Part shown: positions 1-8,615 of the stretch, one piece after another
How positions within the stretch are numbered: position 1 is the stretch's first letter
Layout of the letters: every line of letters begins with the position of its first letter
Program-made: the position numbers and the translations under genes
Origin: Gaiellaceae bacterium
GTDB taxonomy: Bacteria; Actinomycetota; Thermoleophilia; Gaiellales; Gaiellaceae
Length of the DNA: 57,200 nucleotides
Reading direction: 5' to 3'
NCBI GenBank assembly: GCA_036564335.1
Contig: DATCPA010000090.1
Coordinates: 1 to 57,200 of the forward strand
Notes under the pieces: model-generated
The model's database searches: none
What the model was told of the DNA's origin: nothing
Seen by the model: only the letters and a program-made list of their open reading frames with translations

Positions 1-525
1 GAGCAGATCGAGCTCCGTGCCCCCGGCTGCGTGACCTCCGATCGAGCCGCGCCCGTCGACGATCGCGAGCGGAACGTGGCTGTGGCCGACGAGGGTGAGC
101 TCGGCCCCGGAATCCTCGATTGCGTCGCGCGCCGCCTCCCAGGTGAGGACGTACTCCCAGACCGGATCGCGCGGGCTCGCGTGGTAGAGCCGGACACCCT
201 CGCGCTCGGCGCTCGAGCTGAGCGTCTCGAGGTACGCGCGCGCGGCGGCCGAGAGCGTGCCTCGCGTCCACTCGGCAGCGGCCGCCGCGTCGGGTGAGAA
301 ATCGAGCAGGTCGAGCGTGCCGAGGACACCGAGGTCGTGGTTGCCGGCGAGGCAGAGCTGGGTGCCGGCTGCGACCCAGGCGCAGCACGCATTCGGCTCC
401 GGGCCGTACCCGACCAGGTCGCCCAGGCACCAGACCTCATCGGGCGATTCCTGCTCGATCGCCTCGGCTACCGCTTCGAGCGCGTGCAAGTTAGCGTGGA
501 TGTCGGAGATGACTGCGACGCGCAT
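1..525 (-). CDS. metallophosphoesterase family protein (C-terminal part runs off the left edge of the window)
   Basis: Absent from the ORF track because there is no stop in the window. My reverse translation from the ATG (complement of 525-523) reads MRVAVISDIHANLHALEAVAEAIEQESPDEVWCLGDLVGYGPEP...LAGNHD. These are the DxH, GD and GNHD motifs of calcineurin-like phosphoesterases. Confidence 0.8.
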   Translation of the reverse strand, partial: MRVAVISDIHANLHALEAVAEAIEQESPDEVWCLGDLVGYGPEPNACCAWVAAGTQLCLAGNHDLGVLGTLDLLDFSPDAAAAAEWTRGTLSAAARAYLETLSSSAEREGVRLYHASPRDPVWEYVLTWEAARDAIEDSGAELTLVGHSHVPLAIVDGRGSIGGHAAGGTELDLL

Positions 526-1735
526 GAGGGTCCCGCTGCGGCTCGCAACCTTAACGACGCTCGCCGGGGGCTGGGCAGCGGCCTCGTACTTCCTCTGGGA
601 CTCGACACGCGTCCCGGGCGACCTCCACGTCAGCGGCCTTCACGCCCGCGACTTCTTCACCGCGAGCCTGCTCCGCAAGGGCGACCACTACGAGCGATTC
701 CTGCGCTTCGACTCCCTGCTGGCCACGGTGGTGACGATCGTCGTCTTCCTGCTCTACGCGCGCTGGGGCAAGCGCTTCCTGCGCGACTCGGCGGCCGGGC
801 CGATCGGCTCGGGGATGCTCCTCGCGATGCTCGGCTTCGGGCTCGTCTGGCTCGTCGGGCTCCCGTTCCAGATCGCGGCGTTGTGGTGGGAGCGCCGGTA
901 CGACGTCACGCACGTCAGCTACCTCGAGGTGATCTTCGGCGGCTGGGCCGCTCTCGGGGTCGAGTTCGTCTTCCTCTGCGCCGCGGTGCTGGTCGTGATG
1001 GGCCTGTCGAAGCTCGTCGGCCGGCACTGGTGGATCCCGGGGGCCGCCTTCTTCGTCGGGCTGTTCGCGCTGTTCACGTTCATCTCGTCCTACCTCATCA
1101 CCGGCGCCCACCCGCTGCGGGAGGAGCGTCCGCAGCTTGCCGCCCAGGCGGAGCGCCTCGCGGAGCGGGAGGGGGTCGGCGGCATCCCGATTCGGGTCGA
1201 GGACGTCCACGGCCAGACGAGCGCCGCCAACGCCTTCACGACGGGTTTCGGCCCGTCACGGAAGGTCGTCCTCTGGGACACGCTCCTGGACGGCCGCTTC
1301 TCGGATGCCGAGGTGCGCTTCGTGCTGGCGCACGAGTTCGGCCACCAGGCGCGGAGCCATCTCGTCAAGGGCATCGCCTGGTATTCGCTGTTCGCGTTTC
1401 CCGGCGCCTTCGTGATCGCCTGGGCGACGCGCCGCCGGGGCGGGATGCGGCGACCCGAGGCGATCCCGCTTGCGCTGCTCGTCCTCGTCCTGCTGAACAC
1501 GGCCGCCACGCCCTTCCAGGCGGCGATCGCCCGGCACCTCGAGCGGGAGGCCGACTGGATGGCGCTGCAAACGACCCGCGACCCGAAGGCGGGGGAGGCG
1601 CTCTTCCAGGACTTCGCGAAGACGAGCCTCGGCGACCCGAATCCGCCGACGTGGGCCTACCTCTGGTTCGACGACCACCCGACGCTGATGCAGCGGATCG
1701 GGATGGTCAAGGCCTGGGAGGCGAGGAACGGCTAG
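524..1735 (+). CDS. M48 family metallopeptidase (Ste24/HtpX-like), membrane protein
   Basis: Lies in ORF 257..1735. It has an HEFGH zinc motif (LAHEFGHQARSH), a downstream EREAD glutamate and several hydrophobic helices. I chose the start at ATG 524 (MRVPLRLATL...) because the upstream part of the ORF overlaps the divergent phosphoesterase gene. Confidence 0.8.
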   Translation: MRVPLRLATLTTLAGGWAAASYFLWDSTRVPGDLHVSGLHARDFFTASLLRKGDHYERFLRFDSLLATVVTIVVFLLYARWGKRFLRDSAAGPIGSGMLLAMLGFGLVWLVGLPFQIAALWWERRYDVTHVSYLEVIFGGWAALGVEFVFLCAAVLVVMGLSKLVGRHWWIPGAAFFVGLFALFTFISSYLITGAHPLREERPQLAAQAERLAEREGVGGIPIRVEDVHGQTSAANAFTTGFGPSRKVVLWDTLLDGRFSDAEVRFVLAHEFGHQARSHLVKGIAWYSLFAFPGAFVIAWATRRRGGMRRPEAIPLALLVLVLLNTAATPFQAAIARHLEREADWMALQTTRDPKAGEALFQDFAKTSLGDPNPPTWAYLWFDDHPTLMQRIGMVKAWEARNG

Positions 1736-1793
1736 GAGGGCTTGGTGGAACGTTGCTCGGCGGCACAGACCATCTTCCGCCAAGCTCTCCTAG
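1732..1793. terminator. bidirectional hairpin between convergent genes
   Basis: CTAGGAGGGCTTGGTGGAA (1732-1750) pairs with TTCCGCCAAGCTCTCCTAG (1775-1793), about 19 bp with 2 mismatches. Both stop codons (TAG 1733-1735 and the complement of 1790-1792) sit inside the arms. Confidence 0.55.
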
Positions 1794-2110
1794 GACTGGG
1801 GCGGAGCCTCGGGCAGGTTCCGGATGCCCTCGCGCGCCGAGTACTTCGACCACGAGTCCTGCATCGCGTCGATCAGCTCCTTCATGAAGCGCGTGGACAT
1901 GTTCACGCGCGAGACCACGACGCCCGGGATGTCACCCTCCTCGACCTCGTGGTCGATGCGCGCGAACGTGATCGTGAACTCGTAGTCCGAGAAGCTGACG
2001 TTCGCGAAGTTGGCGTAGACGCCGCCCAGGTACTCCGGGTCGATGTGGATGTTGAGCTGGCGCTCCTGGCTCTCCTCGTCCACGGGCACGGATACTACTC
2101 GCGTGGGCAC
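1790..2110 (-). CDS. DUF3467 domain-containing protein
   Basis: A 106-aa ORF. The segment LNIHIDPEYLGGVYANFANVSFSDYEFTITFARID is the characteristic DUF3467 core. Confidence 0.8.
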   Translation of the reverse strand: MPTRVVSVPVDEESQERQLNIHIDPEYLGGVYANFANVSFSDYEFTITFARIDHEVEEGDIPGVVVSRVNMSTRFMKELIDAMQDSWSKYSAREGIRNLPEAPPQS

Positions 2111-3116
2111 GCCCTACACCCTCCGCCACTTCAGGCTCGCGCTCGCCGCGTTCTTCGGCGTGCTCGGCGGTGGGACGCTCGCCTTCGCCCTCGCTCTGAA
2201 CGAGAGCGCGCTCGAGGCGTTCTACCGGTCGACGGTCACGGTTTCGCTGACCGGGATCGACACGAAACCGCAGGGCGTGGGCGGGGAGGTGATCACGATC
2301 GTGCTGATCCTCGCCGGAATGGCAATCTACGGCTACCTCGCGAGCTCGGTGGTCGAGTTGATCGCCCACGGGGTGCTGACCGGAGCGATGGCCGAACGGA
2401 GGAGACGCCGCATGATCGAGCGGACTACCGACCACTACATCATCTGCGGGTACGGCCGCGTCGGCCGGCAGGTCGCCGGCGAGTTCCGTGACGCGAACGT
2501 TCCGTTCGTCGTGCTCGACTTCAACCCGGACGTGGTCGAGATCGCACGCGAGCACGGCGTGCCGTACATCGACGGCAGCGGCACGAACGACGATGACCTC
2601 GCCGAGGCGGGGCTCGACCGTGCCCGGGGACTCGTCGCCTCCTCGGACTCCGACGTCGACAACCTCTACATCACCGTCTCTGCGCGGTCGGAGCGGCCGG
2701 ACCTGACGATCGTCGCACGTGCCTCCACCGAGGACGCTGCCTCCAAGATGCTCCGCGCCGGAGCTGACCGGGTCGTGCAGCCGTACGCGTCGGCGGGCCA
2801 GGAGATCGCCGCGCTGATGCTCAAGCCTCAGGTCTCGGCGTTCCTCGACATCGTCTCCCGCCACGGCGGGCCTGACCTGCGCTTCGAGGAGATCGAGATC
2901 ACCCGTTCCTGCCCGCAGGCGGGGCGGACGATCCGCGATACGCGTGTCCGTCACGAGACCGGTGCGCTGATCGTGGCGCTGAAGAAGGCGGACGGCAGCT
3001 TCGACACGACGCCCGACCCGGATGCCGAGCTCAACGTGGGCGACGTGCTGATCGCCGTCGGCACCGAGGGTGAGCTGAGGTTGCTCGAAGACCTGTTCGA
3101 GGCCGTTGCCGACTAG
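2103..3116 (+). CDS. two-TM ion channel with C-terminal RCK (TrkA-N/TrkA-C) domains, MthK-like potassium channel family
   Basis: Lies in ORF 2043..3116. It has the Rossmann motif ICGYGRVGRQVA, two TM helices and a pore-helix region. The start is set at in-frame GTG 2103 to avoid overlapping the DUF3467 gene, so the start is uncertain. Confidence 0.8.
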   Translation: MGTPYTLRHFRLALAAFFGVLGGGTLAFALALNESALEAFYRSTVTVSLTGIDTKPQGVGGEVITIVLILAGMAIYGYLASSVVELIAHGVLTGAMAERRRRRMIERTTDHYIICGYGRVGRQVAGEFRDANVPFVVLDFNPDVVEIAREHGVPYIDGSGTNDDDLAEAGLDRARGLVASSDSDVDNLYITVSARSERPDLTIVARASTEDAASKMLRAGADRVVQPYASAGQEIAALMLKPQVSAFLDIVSRHGGPDLRFEEIEITRSCPQAGRTIRDTRVRHETGALIVALKKADGSFDTTPDPDAELNVGDVLIAVGTEGELRLLEDLFEAVAD

Positions 3117-4632
3117 GAGCGCCACCGCGCTCTCGCGCCTCGAAGCCGGCCTCTCCGAGGCGGCAGGCATGGAGATCGAGCTCGAGCGCCCGTCCGATCC
3201 CGCGCACGGCGACTACGCGACGAACGCGGCGCTGAAGGCCGCGCCCGCCCGCGGACGCTCCCCGCGCGAGCTCGCGGAGGAGCTCGCGGCGGCCGCCGCC
3301 GGGCTGCCCGAGGTCGAGCGGGCTGAGGTTGCGGGCCCGGGCTTCGTCAACCTCGTGCTGACTCAGGACTGGTTTCGCAGCGCTCTGGAGGAGGTCGTCG
3401 CCGCCGGTGACGAGTATGGCGCCGGGTTCGCGACGGCGCGCGAGCGGGTCCAGGTTGAGCTGGTCTCCGCAAATCCGACGGGCCCGATCACCGTTGCCTC
3501 GGCCCGCAACGGCGCCATCGGGGACTCGGTGGCGAGGCTGCTCGCGCGGGCCGGGCATGAAGTCGAGCGCGAGTATTACTACAACGACGCCGGCGTCCAG
3601 ATGGAGCGCTTCCGTGAGTCGGTCGAGGCGGTTCGTCGCGGCGAGGAGCCGCCTGAGGACGGCTACCGCGGCAACTACGTGCGAGAGCTTGCGGCGACTC
3701 CCGGCGATCCCGTGCCGCCCATGCTGAAACAGATCGAGGCAACACTCGAGCGGTTCCGCATCCACTTCGACTCGTGGGCGCTGCAGAGCGCCCTGGCCGA
3801 GCGGCTGCCGGAGCTCCTGCCACGGGTGGACACGTACGAGCAGGACGGTGCCGTCTGGGCCCGCTCATCCGCCTACGGCGACGAGAAGGACCGCGTCCTG
3901 ATCCGCTCGGAGACGGGCGAGCCCACCTACCGGGCCGCCGACGTCGTCTACCTCGTGGACAAGCTCGAGCGAGGCTTCGACCGCGCGATCTACGTGCTCG
4001 GCGCCGACCATCACGGGACGGTGAACTGGTACGCCGCGGTCGCCCGCATGGTCGGCTACGACCCCGAGCGGGTCGAGGTGCTCCTCTACCAGCTCGTCCA
4101 CCTGACGGAGGGCGGCGAGCAGACCAAGATGTCGAAACGGCGCGGCGACGTCGTCTTCCTCGACGACTTCATTGACGAGATCGGTGTCGACGCTGCACGC
4201 TGGTATCTCGTCAACCGCAGCCCGGACCAGACGATCGAGATCGACGTCGACCTCGCCGCCGAGCGCTCCGAGAAGAACCCCGTCTACTACGTCCAGTACG
4301 CGCACGCGCGGATCGCCGGGATCATGCGGAACGCCGCCGAGCTGCCGGTCGCCGCGACGGATCCCGAGCTCGGCGAGCAGGAGCGCGAGCTCGTCAAGCG
4401 GCTTCTCGAGTTCCCGCAGGTCGTGGCCGAGGCGGCCGAGCGGCGGGCGCCGCACATGCTGACCGTCTACGCGATCCGCGTCGCCGACGATTTCCACCGC
4501 TTTTACCACCACAACCGGGTGATCTCCGACGACGAGGTGCAGCCTTTCCGGCGCGACCTCGCCCGGGCGGCGCAGACGGTGATCGCAACAGCGCTCGACC
4601 TGGTCGGGATCGAGGCCCCCGAGCGGATGTAG
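3106..4632 (+). CDS. argS: arginine--tRNA ligase
   Basis: 508 aa. It shows a HIGH-like region (ANPTGPITVASARNGAIGD), the KMSKRRGD motif and a C-terminal anticodon-binding domain. Confidence 0.95.
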   Translation: MPTRSATALSRLEAGLSEAAGMEIELERPSDPAHGDYATNAALKAAPARGRSPRELAEELAAAAAGLPEVERAEVAGPGFVNLVLTQDWFRSALEEVVAAGDEYGAGFATARERVQVELVSANPTGPITVASARNGAIGDSVARLLARAGHEVEREYYYNDAGVQMERFRESVEAVRRGEEPPEDGYRGNYVRELAATPGDPVPPMLKQIEATLERFRIHFDSWALQSALAERLPELLPRVDTYEQDGAVWARSSAYGDEKDRVLIRSETGEPTYRAADVVYLVDKLERGFDRAIYVLGADHHGTVNWYAAVARMVGYDPERVEVLLYQLVHLTEGGEQTKMSKRRGDVVFLDDFIDEIGVDAARWYLVNRSPDQTIEIDVDLAAERSEKNPVYYVQYAHARIAGIMRNAAELPVAATDPELGEQERELVKRLLEFPQVVAEAAERRAPHMLTVYAIRVADDFHRFYHHNRVISDDEVQPFRRDLARAAQTVIATALDLVGIEAPERM

Positions 4633-4666
4633 CCGGTAGGCGCGGGCCCGTTCTAGGATTGTCGCG

Positions 4667-5653
4667 GTGAGCCAGCCTCCGGACCGAAATCTCGCGCTCG
4701 AGCTCGTCCGCGTCACCGAGGCGGCGGCGATGGGGGCGGCCCGGTGGGTGGGACGCGGCGACAAGGAGGCCGCCGACCAGGCCGCCGTCGACTCGATGCG
4801 CCTGATGCTCGACACCGTGACGATGAAGGGGATCGTGGTCATCGGCGAGGGGGAGAAGGACAAGGCGCCGATGCTCTTCAACGGCGAGGAGGTCGGGAAC
4901 GGCCAGGGCGCGGACGTGGACGTGGCGGTCGATCCGCTCGAGGGGACGCGGCTGACTGCGATCGGGGCGCCGAACGCGATCGCCGTGATCGCGGTCGCGG
5001 AGCGCGGGACGATGTTCTTTCCCGGTGCCGCGGTGTACATGGACAAGATCGCCGTCGGTCCGGCCGGGGCGGACGCGATCGACATCACCCTGCCGGCCGC
5101 CGAGAACGTTCGTCGCGTGGCGAAGGCCAAGGGGGTCGAGCCCCGGGACATCACCGTCGTCGTCCTCGACCGCGATCGGCACGAGTCGCTGATCGCGGAG
5201 CTGCGGGATGTCGGCGCGAAGGTGCGTCTGATCATGGACGGCGACGTCGCTCCGGCGATCGCTGCTGCGCGCGACGGCACCGGGGTGGACATGCTGATGG
5301 GCGTGGGGGGCACGCCCGAAGGCGTGATCTCGGCTGCCGCGATCAAGTGCCTCGGAGGCGCGATGCAGAGCCGGCTCTGGCCGCGCGACGACGGCGAGCG
5401 CTGGCAGCTCGTCGAGGCGGGCTACGACGTCGAGCGCGTGCTGACCCAGGACGATCTCGTCGCCGGCTCCGACCTGTTCGTCGCTGCGACGGGCGTCACG
5501 GACGGCGCGCTTCTGCGCGGCGTGCGCTTCGAGGACGGCTCGGCGCTGACCGAGTCGATCGTGATGCGCTCACGCTCGGGAACGATCCGCCGCGTACGCG
5601 CCGAGCACCGGCTGGCCAAGCTCCGGCAGATCACCGGCGAGCGCTACCGCTAG
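4667..5653 (+). CDS. glpX: class II fructose-1,6-bisphosphatase
   Basis: 328 aa. The N-terminus [37 protein letters not shown] and the [11 protein letters not shown] segment are typical of GlpX. Confidence 0.93.
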   Translation: MSQPPDRNLALELVRVTEAAAMGAARWVGRGDKEAADQAAVDSMRLMLDTVTMKGIVVIGEGEKDKAPMLFNGEEVGNGQGADVDVAVDPLEGTRLTAIGAPNAIAVIAVAERGTMFFPGAAVYMDKIAVGPAGADAIDITLPAAENVRRVAKAKGVEPRDITVVVLDRDRHESLIAELRDVGAKVRLIMDGDVAPAIAAARDGTGVDMLMGVGGTPEGVISAAAIKCLGGAMQSRLWPRDDGERWQLVEAGYDVERVLTQDDLVAGSDLFVAATGVTDGALLRGVRFEDGSALTESIVMRSRSGTIRRVRAEHRLAKLRQITGERYR

Positions 5654-5659
5654 CTCGGC

Positions 5660-6682
5660 CTAGGCCGCGACCTTCGTCTCCATGTCGGGCGAGTAGGAGC
5701 CCGAGCGGGCCAGGCTGTTCAGCCGCGCCCGGTGCAGGTACGCCGCCTGCCCCGCACCGACGTTCGCGGCCTCACCTAGCCATGCTTTTAGGGCAGGCGC
5801 TTGCAGCGCCCGCCCATATGAGAACGACAGCTCCCACGGATGCGGGCCCATCGCGTTCATCGCGTTCAGGTGGGCGGTCGCGTCCTCGTCGGTCTGACCG
5901 CCGGAGAGGAAGACGATCCCCGGCACCGCCGCCGGCACGTGCCTCCGGAAGCAGCGCACGGTTGCCTCGGCGACCTCCTGGACGCCGGCGCGCTGCGGGG
6001 CCTCGTAACCCGAGAGCACCATGTTCGGCTTCAGCAGCATCTGCTCGAAGTGAACGCGCTGGTCGCGCAGTTCGGTGAAGACCGCGTGCAGCGTTCGCGC
6101 GGTGACGTCGAAGCTCGTCTCGATCGAGTGGTCGCCGTCCATCAGCACCTCCGGCTCGACGATCGGCACGAGGCCGGCTTCCTCGCTCAGCGCGGCATAG
6201 CGGGCGAGCGCATGCGCGTTCGTCCAGACGCAGTATTCGCTGGGAATGTCGGCCCCGATGGTGATCACCGCGCGCCACTTGGCGAAGCGGGCCCCGAGCT
6301 CGTAGTACTCCGCGAGCCGCTCCCGCAACCCGTCGAGCCCCTCGGTGATCTTTTCACCGGGTGCGTTCGCGAGGTCTGTCGCGCCCTTGTCGACCTTGAT
6401 CCCGGGAATGATGCCCTGGCTCTCGAGCAGCTTGGGGAACGGCGTGCCGTCTAGCGAGGACTGGCGGATCGTCTCGTCGTACAGGATCACGCCGCTGACG
6501 TAGTCGGCTGCGCCGTCGGTGGTGAAGAGCAGGTCGCGGTACGCGCGCCGGCTGTCTTCGGTGGACTCGACCCCGATCGAGTCGAACCGCTTCTTGATCG
6601 TCCCGTCGCTCTCGTCGGCTGCGAGGATGCCCTTCCCGGGCGCGACGAGTGCGCGTGCGGTCTCCTCGAGGTTGTGTCCCAT
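5660..6682 (-). CDS. fba: class I (Schiff-base, eukaryote-type) fructose-bisphosphate aldolase
   Basis: GKGILAADESDGTIKKRFDSIGVESTE and LLKPNMV (the Schiff-base lysine context) match the glycolytic class I aldolase family. I preferred the start at the second ATG (6682) because GAGGAGGAAACA precedes it on the minus strand. The ORF track begins at 6706. Confidence 0.9.
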   Translation of the reverse strand: MGHNLEETARALVAPGKGILAADESDGTIKKRFDSIGVESTEDSRRAYRDLLFTTDGAADYVSGVILYDETIRQSSLDGTPFPKLLESQGIIPGIKVDKGATDLANAPGEKITEGLDGLRERLAEYYELGARFAKWRAVITIGADIPSEYCVWTNAHALARYAALSEEAGLVPIVEPEVLMDGDHSIETSFDVTARTLHAVFTELRDQRVHFEQMLLKPNMVLSGYEAPQRAGVQEVAEATVRCFRRHVPAAVPGIVFLSGGQTDEDATAHLNAMNAMGPHPWELSFSYGRALQAPALKAWLGEAANVGAGQAAYLHRARLNSLARSGSYSPDMETKVAA

Positions 6683-6810
6683 TGTTTCCTCCTCTGTCTC
6701 TACCATCGACGATTATCGCCGTTCTCGTCCTCGTAAGCATTCTGTTTGGGCGCGATGGAAAATCCCGGGTGCGGGAATAATCGAGCGATGGGGAAGCGGG
6801 TGGCGTAGCG

Positions 6811-8124
6811 GTGGCACTTCTCCTTGGCGGAGCTGCCCAGGGCGCCCCGAAGGTCACCCCCGCTAATACCTCGCTGCCGACGATCTCGGGGACCGCGGCT
6901 GTGGGCGAGACTCTGAGCGCCTCGAGTGGTTCTTGGTCCGGATCGACCCCGATGAGCTTCAGCTACCGCTGGCTGCACTGCAACTCGGGCGGGGCCAACT
7001 GCGGGGACATCTCCGGGGCCACGAGCCAGACCTACAAGGTGTCGCGTGAGCAGGCCGGGCGCACGCTGCGGGTCTCGGTCACCGCCTCCAATTCGAGCGG
7101 CTCGGCGAACGCGGTATCGAACGCCACGGCGGTGGTCGCCAAGGGTCAGGAGCCGGAGAACACGGCTTTACCGACGATCTCGGGGACCGCCAAGGATGGG
7201 CAGACGCTCACCGCCTCCAACGGCACGTGGGCGAACAACCCGACCTCGTTCTCCTACCAGTGGCGCCGCTGCGATACCGCGGCGAACAATTGCAGCGACG
7301 TGGGCAACGATCGTCAGACCTACGTGGTCGAGCAGCGCGACGTCGGCTCGACGATGCGCGTCTGGGTGAATGCGAAGAACGCCTTCGGCGGGAACACGGT
7401 CGCCTCCGGGCCGACTGCGGTCGTTGCTCCTCGTGGCGCGCTGCCGGCCAGCACGGCGCCGCCGGTGATCTCGGGCCTCGCGCAAGACGGGCAGACGCTG
7501 GGCGCGAGCGTCGGCTCGTGGACGAACGGTCCGACCCGCTTCACGTACCGCTGGTTGCGTTGCGACAGCGCCGGCAACAACTGCGACTCGCTCGGCTCCG
7601 GGTCGACGCAGCGGCTGAGCTCCGCCGACGTCGGACACCGGATCCGGGTCTCCGTGACTGCCGCCAACCAGTACGGATCCAGCGGCGCAGCCACTTCGGT
7701 GCCGACCGCGGTCGTCACTTCGGCTCTGCCCAGCGGTGCCGTCAAGCTGCCGAACGGCCAGGTCTCGCTGCCGATCGAGGCGGTGCTACCGCCCGAGCGC
7801 CTGGTCATCTCCTCGGCTGCCTTCGTCCCGACCCGGCTGCACACGCGGTCTGCATTCATCGGCCGCTTCCGCGTCACGGACACGCGCGGGTACGTGATCC
7901 GTGGCGCGCTCGTCTACGCGCTCGGACTGCCGTACTCCTGGGTGCGGAATGCCCCCGAGGTGGTCACGGGCACGGACGGCTGGGCGACGATCCAGTTCTT
8001 CCCGACGTCGCGGATGCCGCTCCGGCGGGCCGCGCTCGTCTTCTTCGTCCGGGCGCGGAAGGGAGGGGACAACCCACTCGCGGGCGTCTCCGCGCGTCGG
8101 CTCGTGCAGGTAGGGATCGGCTAG
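6811..8124 (+). CDS. Ig-like/tandem-repeat protein, probably cell-surface or secreted
   Basis: 437 aa. It contains three repeats of about 98 aa, each starting LPTISGTA..GQTLTAS.G.W...P.SFSYQWRRC....NC and ending TAVV (about 6871-7730), followed by an unrelated C-terminal domain of about 130 aa. GTG 6811 is the first start after stop 6778-6780. Confidence 0.75.
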   Translation: MALLLGGAAQGAPKVTPANTSLPTISGTAAVGETLSASSGSWSGSTPMSFSYRWLHCNSGGANCGDISGATSQTYKVSREQAGRTLRVSVTASNSSGSANAVSNATAVVAKGQEPENTALPTISGTAKDGQTLTASNGTWANNPTSFSYQWRRCDTAANNCSDVGNDRQTYVVEQRDVGSTMRVWVNAKNAFGGNTVASGPTAVVAPRGALPASTAPPVISGLAQDGQTLGASVGSWTNGPTRFTYRWLRCDSAGNNCDSLGSGSTQRLSSADVGHRIRVSVTAANQYGSSGAATSVPTAVVTSALPSGAVKLPNGQVSLPIEAVLPPERLVISSAAFVPTRLHTRSAFIGRFRVTDTRGYVIRGALVYALGLPYSWVRNAPEVVTGTDGWATIQFFPTSRMPLRRAALVFFVRARKGGDNPLAGVSARRLVQVGIG

Positions 8125-8127
8125 TAA

Positions 8128-8239
8128 CACGGGGGAAACCCGGTTTCCCCCGTGAGCCCCCTCGCTTGCTCGCTCCGCTCGCCTCGTGCGCGCACCCTTG
8201 CTGCGGTCGTGTGCCGCGCCCGCGCAGGTCGGGCGCGGC
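8128..8239. repeat. intergenic modular hairpin repeat, copy A
   Basis: Hairpin 1 is CACGGGGGAAACC-c-GGTTTCCCCCGTG (8128-8154). A CGCTCGC-rich spacer follows. Hairpin 2 is GCCGCGCCCG-cgcaggt-CGGGCGCGGC (8213-8239). Confidence 0.8.
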
Positions 8240-8279
8240 GGCTAAACAGCAGGCAGAGGCACGCTATCCTTGGCCCTGC

Positions 8280-8352
8280 GCGGGGATAGCTCAGTTGGCA
8301 GAGCATCAGCTTCCCAAGCTGAGGGTCGCGGGTTCGAGCCCCGTTCCCCGCT
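8280..8352 (+). tRNA. tRNA-Gly (anticodon CCC)
   Basis: Hand-folded cloverleaf of 73 nt: GCGGGGA/TCCCCGC acceptor stem, GCTC/GAGC D stem, TCAGC-TTCCCAA-GCTGA anticodon arm, GCGGG-TTCGAGC-CCCGT T arm. CCA is not encoded. Confidence 0.93.
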
Positions 8353-8497
8353 CACGCTTCGCTCGCGGCGGCTGCGCCGCCGCTTCGCTGGCTTCACGGG
8401 GGAAACGGCCGGTTTCCCCCGTGTGCCCCCTTCCCAGGGTTTGAGACTCGCGCGGATGCGGGCGGTTGTGGGCCGCGCCCGCCAGGTCGGTCGCGGC
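8353..8497. repeat. intergenic modular hairpin repeat, copy B
   Basis: GCGGCGGC-tgc-GCCGCCGC hairpin flanked by direct GCTTCGCT repeats. Hairpin 1 is CACGGGGGAAAC-ggccg-GTTTCCCCCGTG (8395-8423). The spacer carries CCCCCTTCCCAGGGTTTGA. Hairpin 2 is GCCGCGCCCG-ccaggt-CGGTCGCGGC (8472-8497). Confidence 0.8.
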
Positions 8498-8615
8498 GGC
8501 GGCTGCCCGGCCCCCAGCGATCACTGAGCCGGCGCCGAGTCCGCGGAGACCCAAGCAACGATCTCGCCACGACTCCATGAGTACCGGACCGGCGCGGATC
8601 AGCGATCATCCAACC

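Noticed and set aside
257-523. N-terminal 89-aa extension of the M48 peptidase ORF, plus ORFs 31..297, 294..494 and 337..1887
   Set aside because: This region encodes the metallophosphoesterase on the opposite strand with textbook motifs. The plus-strand translations are low-complexity.
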